In this document: positions 46,862 to 56,503 of the stretch, in pieces
Numbering within the stretch: the first letter of the stretch is position 1
Layout: each line of letters starts with the position of its first letter
Origin: Nitrososphaerota archaeon
GTDB taxonomy: Archaea > Thermoproteota > Nitrososphaeria > Nitrososphaerales > Nitrosopumilaceae
Direction: 5' to 3'
NCBI GenBank assembly: GCA_028867755.1
Contig: JAGWFT010000002.1
Location: forward strand, 96,001 to 160,000
DNA: 64,000 nt
Position numbers and translations under genes: made by a program
Notes under the pieces: generated by a model
Seen by the model: only the letters and a program-made list of their open reading frames with translations
Databases searched by the model: none
Told to the model about the DNA's origin: nothing

Positions 46862-47457
46862 ACTAGTGCAAGTAGCTCCTTTTCATTAATTTTTCCTTGA
46901 CGTATTATGCGAAATTTACTTCCGACCACTTCTACTATGGTAGACTCTATGGGATTTGGTATTATTCCACCGTCTAACAGTATGTCATACCCTTCTAACT
47001 TGCCTATTATTTCCTGAGAGTTTGATGAAGATGGATGACCAGAAACATTTGCACTTGTTCCTACAAGCAATCTGCATTCTTTGAGAAGATCTAGTGTGCA
47101 TGGATGATTTGGTACGCGCACTGCTATTTTTTTATCAAGACCAAGAGATTCTGCAATTTTTTGTTCTTTTATGTCAAGAAGTAACGTTAACGGACCTGGC
47201 CAGAACTTGGCTGCAATTTTCTTTGACAGATCATCAAAAATGGCGATCTTTGATATCTCAGAGATAGAAAAACCCAGAACAGGAAGTTGCTTTGATTCTT
47301 CTCGCCCCTTGATTCTGTAAATCATTCTAACTGACTTGCTGTTAAATGGATCACATCCTATTCCATATACTGTATCTGTTGGGAAAACCACAACACCACC
47401 ATTTTTGACTATCTTTGATGCTGTGATGATTCCATTATGGTCACAAGGCACGATCAT
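46858..47457 (-). CDS. tsaC: L-threonylcarbamoyladenylate synthase (TsaC/Sua5)
   Basis: VVFPTDTVYGIG, KGR, FWPGPLT, AVRVP, TSANVSG, STIV. Confidence 0.95.
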   Translation of the reverse strand: MIVPCDHNGIITASKIVKNGGVVVFPTDTVYGIGCDPFNSKSVRMIYRIKGREESKQLPVLGFSISEISKIAIFDDLSKKIAAKFWPGPLTLLLDIKEQKIAESLGLDKKIAVRVPNHPCTLDLLKECRLLVGTSANVSGHPSSSNSQEIIGKLEGYDILLDGGIIPNPIESTIVEVVGSKFRIIRQGKINEKELLALV

Positions 47458-47529
47458 GACCTATTTGATAAATGGCAGTAAATTATCTCTTCTAAAAATG
47501 ATATAAGGTCGTATGCTGTATGTCTCTTC

Positions 47530-47643
47530 ATGGACGATGAAATACCTCAATGTCAGTGTCCACCAGGCGCAGAAACATACGTAAATGATGACGGCATGAA
47601 CATTTGTGTTTCATGCGGCGGCTGGGTAGCACCTGTCATGTGA
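47530..47643 (+). CDS. 37-aa zinc-ribbon microprotein (not in ORF track)
   Basis: MDDEIPQCQCPPGAETYVNDDGMNICVSCGGWVAPVM. Confidence 0.5.
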   Translation: MDDEIPQCQCPPGAETYVNDDGMNICVSCGGWVAPVM

Positions 47644-47712
47644 TGATACCATTTACAAACAATATAGGTACGTCTGCAAGTCTTTTATAGGAAAATATTT
47701 TCTTTGATCTTG

Positions 47713-47796
47713 ATGTCTGAGGAGCTTGAGAATGATTTTGAAGATGATTTTGATGACGATATAGAAGACGAATACGCTGAAAATGAATCTGACTAA
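47713..47796 (+). CDS. 27-aa highly acidic micropeptide (not in ORF track)
   Basis: MSEELENDFEDDFDDDIEDEYAENESD; TTTTATA lies about 25 nt upstream. Confidence 0.5.
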   Translation: MSEELENDFEDDFDDDIEDEYAENESD

Positions 47797-48083
47797 ATTC
47801 TTAACCCAAAGGAATCTGCAAATTCTCTAAAACCTCGATAGGCCTGTAGAAATTCTCTGCCCCTTGAACTGATTCTGTATTTGCAAGCCCTATCTGATGT
47901 GGTCTGTTCCAGAAGGCCCTGTTGAACCAAGGTTTCCAAGATCTTGGCCAGTCTTCCATATGAGACATTTGCTTTTCTTATTAGGTATGTTACACTTGCC
48001 CCCGATTCATCTGGAGCTTCATCTCTAGTAGTAGAGAGAATATCTCCTATGATACTCATGTGAGTTCTATACACTGCCGCCAA
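47793..48083 (-). CDS. Winged helix-turn-helix protein (paralog of 40954-41235)
   Basis: YRTHMSIIGDIL, KANVSYGRL, ISSRGREFL, ADSFGL. Confidence 0.85.
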   Translation of the reverse strand: MAAVYRTHMSIIGDILSTTRDEAPDESGASVTYLIRKANVSYGRLAKILETLVQQGLLEQTTSDRACKYRISSRGREFLQAYRGFREFADSFGLRI

Positions 48084-48717
48084 GTTTCATACCTCCTCTT
48101 AATGGGACCTGAGAAATTGGAATGAATAGTGCACCAAGGCCTGTTATTTTTGTGGAAATTGAGATGAAATAGAGTATTGATTTTGGAAATACTACTGAAT
48201 ACCAACCTAGGAACTCGCCTAGGGCAAGTAAGCCAAGTCCGGCAGCAACAAAGATAGTGCTCCTCTTCCTATTCTCCATATACGACATAATGGTCTCAAT
48301 CGTGCCATATACCAATAGGATAAAAGAAATTGACCTTATAATATGCTCAATTGAATTTCCTGGTATGATGAAAAGCGGGAATATGATGGATTTGAAGTAC
48401 CTAGACTTTGGGAAAAACGATTTAATACCGTGTGAGAATGCGATGAAAAAGTACCCTATTGTCTGAATTCCTATGCCGAGTGTTTGAATCCAACTGTCAA
48501 GCTGTGCATATTTTAGTATGAACAACTCTGTCATGTACCCAAATCCAACTACTCCAAAACCTATGCCAATTGAAAAAAAAGCGATGTTTAACCTGAATAA
48601 TGTAGGACTTCCTGTATTTTTGAATCCAATATAAGAGAAAATTCCTAATGCGAGTCCAACAACAAACCCTAACAAGTTAAGGGTTGTTTCGAGAACTGCA
48701 TCAGGTGCGAAGGCCAA
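48067..48717 (-). CDS. ~7-TM membrane protein
   Basis: Seven hydrophobic segments; overlaps the wHTH start. Confidence 0.75.
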   Translation of the reverse strand: MAFAPDAVLETTLNLLGFVVGLALGIFSYIGFKNTGSPTLFRLNIAFFSIGIGFGVVGFGYMTELFILKYAQLDSWIQTLGIGIQTIGYFFIAFSHGIKSFFPKSRYFKSIIFPLFIIPGNSIEHIIRSISFILLVYGTIETIMSYMENRKRSTIFVAAGLGLLALGEFLGWYSVVFPKSILYFISISTKITGLGALFIPISQVPLRGGMKLGGSV

Positions 48718-48769
48718 CTAAACGCACTAGTATTTCGAAATTAATTAAAGCCTTGTAGTAGCTTTTTTT

Positions 48770-48976
48770 CTACCACTCATCAAGAGTTCCTGCTGGGGAA
48801 CCGTTTGTATCTTTGGCATAATCTCCAAGTATGTCAGAATATGTGGCATCCTTATACGCTACGAACCTAACATATTCCCCATACGTCATATCCAAGGAAC
48901 ATTTTGCACATTTTACATAGGAAAAGTCATCCCCTAATTCAGCTATTGCGTCGCATTTGGGACACTTGATCTTCAT
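48770..48976 (-). CDS. Small zinc-ribbon protein
   Basis: CPKC...CAKC. Confidence 0.7.
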   Translation of the reverse strand: MKIKCPKCDAIAELGDDFSYVKCAKCSLDMTYGEYVRFVAYKDATYSDILGDYAKDTNGSPAGTLDEW

Positions 48977-49047
48977 ATTCTATTTTGGGCGATTTCCCTA
49001 ATATCTCTTCTTAAAGAAATAAATTTGCTAAATTCTGATGGCTTGCT

Positions 49048-49323
49048 ATGGCAAAAAATTGTACCAAGTGCAAAAAGGAAATTCCTGATAATGTAGAGCT
49101 AGATCCAATAGCAGCTGTCTATCCTTGCTGTAATGAGTGCTGGGAAGAATGGAAGCAGTATAGGGTTATGGTCATGAATGAAATGCGACTAGATATGTCA
49201 ATGCCAGACCACAGAAAAGTGGTAAAAAGATACGAAAAGGTCTTTGTTGGTGTAATGACACCTGAAGGAGATGTTGTCAATTTTGCCGATGAGAATCAGC
49301 GAAAGCCTGACAAGCCACTCTAA
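49048..49323 (+). CDS. Fe(II)-trafficking YggX-like protein
   Basis: CNECWEEWK....MNEMRLDM. Confidence 0.7.
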   Translation: MAKNCTKCKKEIPDNVELDPIAAVYPCCNECWEEWKQYRVMVMNEMRLDMSMPDHRKVVKRYEKVFVGVMTPEGDVVNFADENQRKPDKPL

Positions 49324-49781
49324 ATTCTTATCTCTTTTTTGGCCCTTTCTGGAATTAAAAGATAAAGCCTCTTTCTTGAATCGTTATCAAGGGAATTCAC
49401 AACTTTGCCTATGGAGTTTGATATCTTATTTTTTTGTTCATCTGTTAATGAAAGATATATCTCTAAAATTCCATCTAGATTAAATGCAATTATCTTTTCG
49501 GGATGATTTGTAATCTCAATAATGTATGTGCTAAACATTACATGTCTTTGTTCTTCTGATAGATTGCATAACACTTCAAGCCATGTCTTAAACAAGGTTG
49601 AGAACTTGTCAAACTGGATGGTAGGGCCTGCCTGTAGTGCGTTATTTATGATCTCCGCCTTGTCTTCCTTTGACATTGAAAAAAATTCTGACAGCCTTTT
49701 TTGTAGTATGGGTTTGCGGAGAAATTCAGGAAGATTTGCCAAGGAAATGATGATGTTTCCTGCATAGTTTGGCTCTGACAT
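49320..49781 (-). CDS. Hypothetical helical protein
   Basis: 153-aa ORF. Confidence 0.7.
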   Translation of the reverse strand: MSEPNYAGNIIISLANLPEFLRKPILQKRLSEFFSMSKEDKAEIINNALQAGPTIQFDKFSTLFKTWLEVLCNLSEEQRHVMFSTYIIEITNHPEKIIAFNLDGILEIYLSLTDEQKNKISNSIGKVVNSLDNDSRKRLYLLIPERAKKEIRI

Positions 49782-49861
49782 GCAAAGTTGCAGTTCATCT
49801 TCTTTGCTAAAATTGTATTGCTAAGATTTGGCTTAAATATCTCCCCATATGCTCCTCCTTT

Positions 49862-50866
49862 ATGCCTTCTACAGTTATTGTTGGTGGTTTCTTTGGAGAT
49901 GAAGGTAAAGGCAAAATTGTTTCATATCTTGCCATGAAGGATAATCCTGTAATAGCTGTTAGAGGAGGTGTAGGACCCAATGCAGGTCACACTATAGAAC
50001 ATGATGGTAAAAAATACAAAGTAAGAATGCTTCCAAGTGCGTTTCTAAATCCTAATACAAGATTACTAGTGGGACCAGGTGTTGTGATAAGCTTGGATGT
50101 GTTGCTAAAAGAAATATCTGAATTTGGTACTCAGGATAGATCCTTTGTTGACTATCAATGTGGAATCATTGAGGACTCTCACAGGGTGGCTGATTCTCAA
50201 GGAAGACTGAAAGAATCTATTGGCAGTACAGGAACAGGAACCGGGCCTGCCAATGCAGATAGAGCCATGAGAACACTGAAACTTGCAAAAGAGATTGACT
50301 CTCTCGCATTGTATCTTGATGATATTCCAAATGCAGTTAATTTTGCTCTGGAAAGAAAAGAACAAGTTTTGGTAGAGGGAACCCAAGGAACTTTTCTCTC
50401 ACTATGGCACGGAACATATCCATATGTTACCTCAAAGGATGTCACAGCATCTGGAATATGTGCCGATGTGGGGCTAGGGCCAAAAAGCGTTGACGAGGTG
50501 GTAATTGTCTTCAAATCGTTTGTTACTAGAGTGGGAGAAGGTCCTCTGAAAAATGAAATAAGTCCAGAAAAGGCAACTGCAAAAGGATGGCAAGAGGTTG
50601 GCACTGTTACAGGTAGACAAAGACGAGCGGCAGAATTTGATTTTGAACTTGCAAAAAGATCTATAATGCTAAACAGTGCAACACAGATTGCAATCACAAA
50701 GCTTGATGTAGTTTATCCTGAATGTGCCCACATGCAATCGTTTTCTGACCTCAGCTCGCCTGCCAAATATTTCATCAAAACCATTGAAGATAAACTCAAG
50801 GTGCCTGTAACTTTGATTGGTACTGGTCCTGAAGTCAACGATACTATTGATAGACGAAACCAGTAA
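49862..50866 (+). CDS. purA: Adenylosuccinate synthetase (short archaeal form)
   Basis: GGFFGDEGKGK, NAGHT, EGTQG, YPYVTS, GTVTGRQRR. Confidence 0.97.
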   Translation: MPSTVIVGGFFGDEGKGKIVSYLAMKDNPVIAVRGGVGPNAGHTIEHDGKKYKVRMLPSAFLNPNTRLLVGPGVVISLDVLLKEISEFGTQDRSFVDYQCGIIEDSHRVADSQGRLKESIGSTGTGTGPANADRAMRTLKLAKEIDSLALYLDDIPNAVNFALERKEQVLVEGTQGTFLSLWHGTYPYVTSKDVTASGICADVGLGPKSVDEVVIVFKSFVTRVGEGPLKNEISPEKATAKGWQEVGTVTGRQRRAAEFDFELAKRSIMLNSATQIAITKLDVVYPECAHMQSFSDLSSPAKYFIKTIEDKLKVPVTLIGTGPEVNDTIDRRNQ

Positions 50867-50912
50867 AACAACAAACGACTACTTTTAATGGGGTAATTTT
50901 AGGAGGGATTCT

Positions 50913-51566
50913 ATGGTTAAGCATCCATGTTATGTTGAAGTTTCTGATATGATTGAATTCTCAAGACTTGTCTGTGCTTTGGAAAGAATTCCTCGTACGG
51001 TCTTTTCTTTTGCATTAGATGGAAAGGATGTAATTTGTGTTCAAATGGATCTCCTAAAAGAAAGGCCAGTTAGCTATTATGTACAAAATACAAAAGTTGG
51101 CCACTATCTTTCATATGGTTTTAAAACAAATAAGGAAGATTGCGATGTTGTCAACACCATAACAAATCCAACCTATCTTTACTCTCCAATCATAAGGGTA
51201 AAATCATTGCCAGAATCACTCAAACCTGAAACTGCTGAACCTGAAGTGATGTATGAACCGCTTGAGCTTGAGGATCTGGCAAGCTTGATAAAACTAAGCT
51301 ATGGTTTTGAAGAATCTCCGTTCCCATTGTTTGCATTTTCTGATGGTACAAAATGGTTTGTAGGTGTGTTTATGAACTTTAACGAATCTGATGAGGCATC
51401 ATATTTTTGTCATGTCAAAATTGACTATGAACCTGCAAAACCATTCCTAAAGTATTCAAGTAAGGATGGCATTGAACCCTCCTTTGTTAGTGGTCTAAAT
51501 GAACATGGTTACTCATACCTTAAGGTAATAAAGCTAAAAGGTAAACATCCACTAGTCAAGCTATGA
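50913..51566 (+). CDS. Hypothetical protein
   Basis: 217-aa ORF between purA and pyrF. Confidence 0.7.
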   Translation: MVKHPCYVEVSDMIEFSRLVCALERIPRTVFSFALDGKDVICVQMDLLKERPVSYYVQNTKVGHYLSYGFKTNKEDCDVVNTITNPTYLYSPIIRVKSLPESLKPETAEPEVMYEPLELEDLASLIKLSYGFEESPFPLFAFSDGTKWFVGVFMNFNESDEASYFCHVKIDYEPAKPFLKYSSKDGIEPSFVSGLNEHGYSYLKVIKLKGKHPLVKL

Positions 51567-52315
51567 TTGGTTTTAGAAAAAGAATAGAAAAAGCTTCTTC
51601 AGGAAAGAGTAGAATAATACTTGCAAATGATTTAGATGACACTGATGTTGGCAAATTAGAAAAAAAAACAATTGCCAACATAAACAGGCTTAACAAATAT
51701 CTCTGCGCAATCAAACTCAATTTTCATGTTATACTACCTTTGAGTGACAAAAGCTTAACAAAAATAAATCGACTTGCTCACAGCAAAGGATTACAAACAA
51801 TTGCTGACATCAAACTAAACGATATCGGAAATACAAACATGATTGCTATCCAGAGACTTTGGAAATGCGGATTTGATGCAGTCATAGCAAATCCCATAAT
51901 GGGACTTGAAAATCTCAAGCAACTAGTCAAGACTGCTCATAGTGATGGACATGGCGTGATAACGCTTGTACACATGAGTCATCCAGGTGCAAAGTTAGGA
52001 TATGGGCTTAGCATAAAAGATCCTAGAACAGGAAAAACGCAAAAGCTTCATGATTTATTCTTAAAATGGTCGTACTCTTCAAATGTTGATGGCATAGTTG
52101 TGGGAGCTACAGTACCCGATATCATATCTTCTGTAAAAAAAACTGTTAGAGGTCACTGTGAAATTTATTCACCAGGTGTAGGAACACAAGGTGGAGACGC
52201 AAACAAGACTTTGCAAGCAGGATCTAGTTATCTAATAGTAGGAAGGACAATTCTTAATTCTAAAAACCAGATCCTAGAAGCAAAAAAGCTCCAGCAACTA
52301 AGTCTTGAATCCTAA
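51563..52315 (+). CDS. pyrF: Orotidine 5'-phosphate decarboxylase
   Basis: DIKLNDIGNT (DxKxxD), MSHPG, PGVGTQGG, IVGRTI. Confidence 0.92.
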   Translation: MIGFRKRIEKASSGKSRIILANDLDDTDVGKLEKKTIANINRLNKYLCAIKLNFHVILPLSDKSLTKINRLAHSKGLQTIADIKLNDIGNTNMIAIQRLWKCGFDAVIANPIMGLENLKQLVKTAHSDGHGVITLVHMSHPGAKLGYGLSIKDPRTGKTQKLHDLFLKWSYSSNVDGIVVGATVPDIISSVKKTVRGHCEIYSPGVGTQGGDANKTLQAGSSYLIVGRTILNSKNQILEAKKLQQLSLES

Positions 52316-52714
52316 CTCGCTTATTTTTTTCAACAAATTCTGAGCTGTTTTATACGTTAATTTCTTCAGTGCATCATCGAATTTGAGCCATGTGAATGCG
52401 AGATGTTCGTGTGATATCTCAACATGTTCTGTTGGGGTCTTTGCCAGAAAGAAAACAACTTCTTTGTGTACTAGTTCTCCATCTCGTTGATAATGATATT
52501 CCACCTTGTTCTGAAAACCATCTACAAAATCAACCTCAGTTATGCCTGTCTCTTCTTTGATCTCTCTTAAGACTGTCTGCTTGAATGTCTCTCCTTTCTC
52601 AATATTTCCTTTAACAAAATCCCAATGTCCAGAGGGATAGTTCAAAAGCAAGTAGAATTTACCTGATGGCGTTTCACGGTATAAAATTGCTCCAGATGAT
52701 CTTTCTTCAAGCAT
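52298..52714 (-). CDS. Nudix hydrolase (Ap4A hydrolase-like)
   Basis: WDFVKGNIEKGE....LREIKEETG, ISHEH. Confidence 0.92.
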   Translation of the reverse strand: MLEERSSGAILYRETPSGKFYLLLNYPSGHWDFVKGNIEKGETFKQTVLREIKEETGITEVDFVDGFQNKVEYHYQRDGELVHKEVVFFLAKTPTEHVEISHEHLAFTWLKFDDALKKLTYKTAQNLLKKISELGFKT

Positions 52715-52751
52715 ATGATTGTAATTTTAAAACTAGGAGTATTTCTCTTTT

Positions 52752-53513
52752 TTATTTGCCCAGTCTGCGGCCTCTCTTCTGAAACGTTCTGATAGCTCGC
52801 ATAAGATCAATTTTTCTAAATTCTGGCCAATAAACATCCATGAAAACAAGCTCGCTGTAGGCACTCTGCCACATTAAAAACCCACTCAGTCGTTTCTCGC
52901 CTGAAGTTCTCAATATCATATCAGGAGATGATTGTGGAAGATGTGATGTGTAAAGACATGATTCTATTACATCTTTGTCTATCTGATTCACATCAAGAGA
53001 ACCATCCTTGATCCTAGTAGCAATTTTCTTTATCGCATCAACCAATTCATTTTGCCCTCCATAAGCTATTGCTATATTGAGATAATGGTTATCATAGTCT
53101 TTTGTCACTGTTTCAAGCTTGTTTAGGATTTCTCTTAGGAAATCTGGTAGCAGCTCAACACTTCCAATTGCCTTTACTCGCATGTGGTTTTTATGAATTC
53201 GAGGATCATTGTACAGTTTCTCTAATCTCTTGTTAATCAATTCATAAAGCTGACCTAATTCTTCATCATTTCTGGCTAGATTTTCTGCTGACAGGACATA
53301 AAGAGTGATTATCTTGATGTTTAGCTCCTCACACCAGTCTAACAGTTTTTCAACTGCGTCTGCTCCTCTAAAATGTCCATCTGCTTTCAAAACTAGGTTT
53401 CTTTTAGCCCATCTTCTATTACCGTCAAGTATGATTGCTATGTGTTTTGGGATCTCTCCAGTCCGTATTTCTTTTTCAAGCTTCCTAGAATAAAGTGTGT
53501 AAAAACCACCCAA
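52752..53513 (-). CDS. uppS: cis-prenyltransferase (polyprenyl diphosphate synthase)
   Basis: HIAIILDGNRRWA, LSAEN, YGGQNE, RTSGEKRLSGFLMWQSAYSE. Confidence 0.95.
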   Translation of the reverse strand: MGGFYTLYSRKLEKEIRTGEIPKHIAIILDGNRRWAKRNLVLKADGHFRGADAVEKLLDWCEELNIKIITLYVLSAENLARNDEELGQLYELINKRLEKLYNDPRIHKNHMRVKAIGSVELLPDFLREILNKLETVTKDYDNHYLNIAIAYGGQNELVDAIKKIATRIKDGSLDVNQIDKDVIESCLYTSHLPQSSPDMILRTSGEKRLSGFLMWQSAYSELVFMDVYWPEFRKIDLMRAIRTFQKRGRRLGK

Positions 53514-53530
53514 CTGGAAAGTCTTATCTT

Positions 53531-54679
53531 TTATTCCGATAGTACCTCGCCACCCTTCTTCCTTCTATATTTGTGGAAGAGCAGTGACGCTGATATCAGT
53601 ATTACTGCTAGGCCTGCAAGCAATGGCGGGATTAGCGTGAACGGGCTTTCACCTTTTGTCATGACTGTAGCAAATTGTGCAACTATTGGGTAGAGAGTTA
53701 CAAGCACGATGATTCTTAGTATGTCGGTAATTGATCTCATGCTTCCTCTAAACCAGCTACTCAGCAATGATCCTCCGAGTATACAACCAAATCCCATCCA
53801 GAGAAATGGCAACATTCCGGAGAAAAACAAACCCATTGTTTGTTTGTTCATGATCAGTTTGAGTACTTCATCTGGTTTTGCTGCTGATATTTGTGGAGTG
53901 ATAGTACCAATTCCAGCTGTTACCGATGCTAGAACAAAAATAATTCCTGCCACAAGTGTAAATACTCTTATGAATCCAGCAGGAGTTGGCTTTGTCCAAT
54001 GTGTCCACGCTCTGTCGATATCAAATGCTCTGATAAGAAATGCCCCTCCTAGAACGCTTACCATTACTGCAAAAATTTCTTTAGTAAGTCCAAGAACTGT
54101 TGCGATTCCTCCAATTACCAATAAAATTCCAGGAACTCCTAGAAAGAATTTTGAATACTTTGAATCAAATGCAATAGCTTTCAGATATCTTCCCAAGACT
54201 GCATAAGAATATTCTACAGTTCTACTGACTCTCATAACAACTCGTTTGACTGATACGATAGGTAAAACATTTTGAATTATTGGAATTACACTTTCATCAT
54301 CTTCTCCATCTGACACAATCACTGCGCCGTTAGCTGAAAATGCTTCTACAATGCTTCGTACCTGTAAAACAATTTTTTCATCTCCTTGAACTCCCTTGTT
54401 TTCTGTTCCAGAAACAATTGCTACTTCTGCTTGGTATCCTTTGCTTACCAAATCTTCAAAAGTTTTAACAGCTGCAAAAATGGAATTAGAATCTGCATCT
54501 TCTGGATCTTCAAGCGCTAGTCTCTGTGCTGCTTCGATGCAAGCATTTCGTCCTACCACTGGAGTAGCAACACCTGCCTTACTTCCTATATCATCATCTC
54601 TATCAACACATATTACCAATAACCTGCTGGTTTTTGTTTCTGTACTGCTCTTTGGTAAGCTTGTCTCCTTGGTAGACAT
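53531..54679 (-). CDS. DUF373-family membrane protein
   Basis: VICVDRDDDIG.K, DPEDADSN, VSDGEDDE, then multiple TMs. Confidence 0.85.
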   Translation of the reverse strand: MSTKETSLPKSSTETKTSRLLVICVDRDDDIGSKAGVATPVVGRNACIEAAQRLALEDPEDADSNSIFAAVKTFEDLVSKGYQAEVAIVSGTENKGVQGDEKIVLQVRSIVEAFSANGAVIVSDGEDDESVIPIIQNVLPIVSVKRVVMRVSRTVEYSYAVLGRYLKAIAFDSKYSKFFLGVPGILLVIGGIATVLGLTKEIFAVMVSVLGGAFLIRAFDIDRAWTHWTKPTPAGFIRVFTLVAGIIFVLASVTAGIGTITPQISAAKPDEVLKLIMNKQTMGLFFSGMLPFLWMGFGCILGGSLLSSWFRGSMRSITDILRIIVLVTLYPIVAQFATVMTKGESPFTLIPPLLAGLAVILISASLLFHKYRRKKGGEVLSE

Positions 54680-54781
54680 ACATACGAAAATCGTACTTCC
54701 TATTAATTAATCTAATTTCTACTAAATATTACAAAAATTGAAGAAACTTTTGACCCTCTCATGAGACCATATTTGATAATC

Positions 54782-55279
54782 TCAGGGTCTTGTCTCATTA
54801 GATTTTGCAATAAATGAGTTAGTATCGTTCTCCAACGAGTCTAACTTTGACATCTCATCTGACAGGTCGTTAGAAGAAATGTTGCCCTTCATCTTGTTGG
54901 CAAGAGAGATGGTCTCTGTGAGATAATCATTGTACTTTTTCAAAGCCTCATCATAGCTGAGATAACTCATCCTCCATTCAGGTGGAGGATTACTTTCTAT
55001 AAGCTCAGTTACAAGGGAGGTAGTTTGAGACGATGATGTCTGTGCTCTAGCTATAAAGTCGTCAGGTGCAAGAGTATTGTTTAACAAACTCTTTAGATCA
55101 GAATCCATCTCAGTCATTATCAACAGGTGTTTCTCTTTTACCCCGTCTATCTCATTTCCATAGTCTGATACAACAAAAGTCGGTCCTCTATTTTCTGGCA
55201 TTATCCATATGACAGAACTTGCGGCTGCTATGGCACCGAGTATTATTATAGTGATGACAATGCCTTTTTTGGTTGCCAT
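54782..55279 (-). CDS. Membrane-anchored helical protein
   Basis: N-terminal TM followed by a helical bundle. Confidence 0.7.
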   Translation of the reverse strand: MATKKGIVITIIILGAIAAASSVIWIMPENRGPTFVVSDYGNEIDGVKEKHLLIMTEMDSDLKSLLNNTLAPDDFIARAQTSSSQTTSLVTELIESNPPPEWRMSYLSYDEALKKYNDYLTETISLANKMKGNISSNDLSDEMSKLDSLENDTNSFIAKSNETRP

Positions 55280-55531
55280 TCAGATGAGTCTCTTTAAGAC
55301 GTTTAAAAGTATAACTCAGTAAAACAATTTGATGATTCAATTAGTCAATCTGTTAATTTCTTCAAGTTGGATCATTTCAATCTAAGAAATATCAAAAAAA
55401 TGCAACTATTTATATAAATTCTTCACATGCGATCTAAGAAGGACATTGTAAAAATTTAACAGCCTCTAGCGTATAGTGAAATAATTTTTACAGCGTCTTG
55501 CTAAATACCACTTCCTTCGTAAGAAAACGAA

Positions 55532-55675
55532 ATGACTCAAGCATACTGCGTAAAGTGCAGGAAGAAAGTCGAGATCGCAAATCCAAAAGAAGTTAAGCTA
55601 AAGAATGGACGACCTGCGGTAAAGGGAACCTGCCCAAAGTGTGGCACTAATGTCTTTCGAATAGGAAAGCCTTAA
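55532..55675 (+). CDS. DUF5679-like basic zinc-ribbon protein (not in ORF track)
   Basis: MTQAYCVKCRKKVEIANPKEVKLKNGRPAVKGTCPKCGTNVFRIGKP. Confidence 0.85.
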   Translation: MTQAYCVKCRKKVEIANPKEVKLKNGRPAVKGTCPKCGTNVFRIGKP

Positions 55676-55724
55676 GTGCCATTTTCTTCTTTTTTGAAGT
55701 AAATCCATATAGGTAACACTATTT

Positions 55725-56159
55725 TTGAATAGGCAGTTGACAAAAAGTGATTATGAAAAACTACTAAAAAAAGTACAAGATAAAGTATCTGAAACTAGAA
55801 AAGATACTACATCTAGATTTGAACTTCCAAAAGTAGATATCATGTGGCAAGGAAATAGGACATTCTTTCGTAACTTTTCAGAATTTCCAAAGATCTTGCG
55901 CAGAGAGCCTGAAAAAATACTTCAGTATCTTTCTAAAGAATTTGCCACTCCAGCTCAATTTGCAGGTGACAAAGCTGTGTTTGTAGGTAAAAAGGAGCCT
56001 CAGGAATTTACATCTCTTCTGAACATATATGTCAAAGAGTATGTAGAATGCCCAACATGTAAGAGTCCTGATACTAGAGTAGAAAAATCTAACCGCGTTC
56101 ACTTTCTTGTTTGTGAAGCCTGTGGTGCCAAGTCGTCTCTAAAGGGCCAATACGCATAA
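55725..56159 (+). CDS. eif2b: Translation initiation factor aIF-2 beta
   Basis: RFELP, NF, KEF, YV.CPTCKSPDT, CEACGA. Confidence 0.93.
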   Translation: MNRQLTKSDYEKLLKKVQDKVSETRKDTTSRFELPKVDIMWQGNRTFFRNFSEFPKILRREPEKILQYLSKEFATPAQFAGDKAVFVGKKEPQEFTSLLNIYVKEYVECPTCKSPDTRVEKSNRVHFLVCEACGAKSSLKGQYA

Positions 56160-56455
56160 TGGCTTTTAGTGTAAAAATTGTTAATCATCAACGTAACAGA
56201 ATGCTAAACATATGTGACGTTGATCTTGTCGGACGAACACTCGTTGAATCAGATTTTAAAATGAACCTGACTCCAAGTTATTTTTCAGAGAGAGTAGTAG
56301 ATGAAAAAGAAGCAGAACAATTACTACTGCATTCTTCTATCATCAACATGGTTGGAGAAAAAACAATTGCTTTGTCTGTAAAACTTGGAGTAGGATCACC
56401 AAAAGGAGTCAAAAAGATTAACGGTGTACCATTCCTTCTGGTTTTTAAATTTTAA
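56159..56455 (+). CDS. DUF424-family protein
   Basis: LNICDVDLVG..L, NMVGEKTI. Confidence 0.8.
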   Translation: MAFSVKIVNHQRNRMLNICDVDLVGRTLVESDFKMNLTPSYFSERVVDEKEAEQLLLHSSIINMVGEKTIALSVKLGVGSPKGVKKINGVPFLLVFKF

Positions 56456-56503
56456 CAAATACAACAGTTATATACGCACTGAGCAGATCGAAGACTGATA
56501 ATT

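Noticed and set aside
50197-50697. Long antisense ORFs (also 19197-19673, 27099-27500, 53709-54206, 3985-4353 and others)
   Set aside because: They are shadows on the opposite strand of well-supported housekeeping genes.
53514-53545. Non-canonical ATC start for uppS after a GAGGT SD-like sequence
   Set aside because: Plausible, but it cannot be told apart from the TTG start without a homolog alignment.
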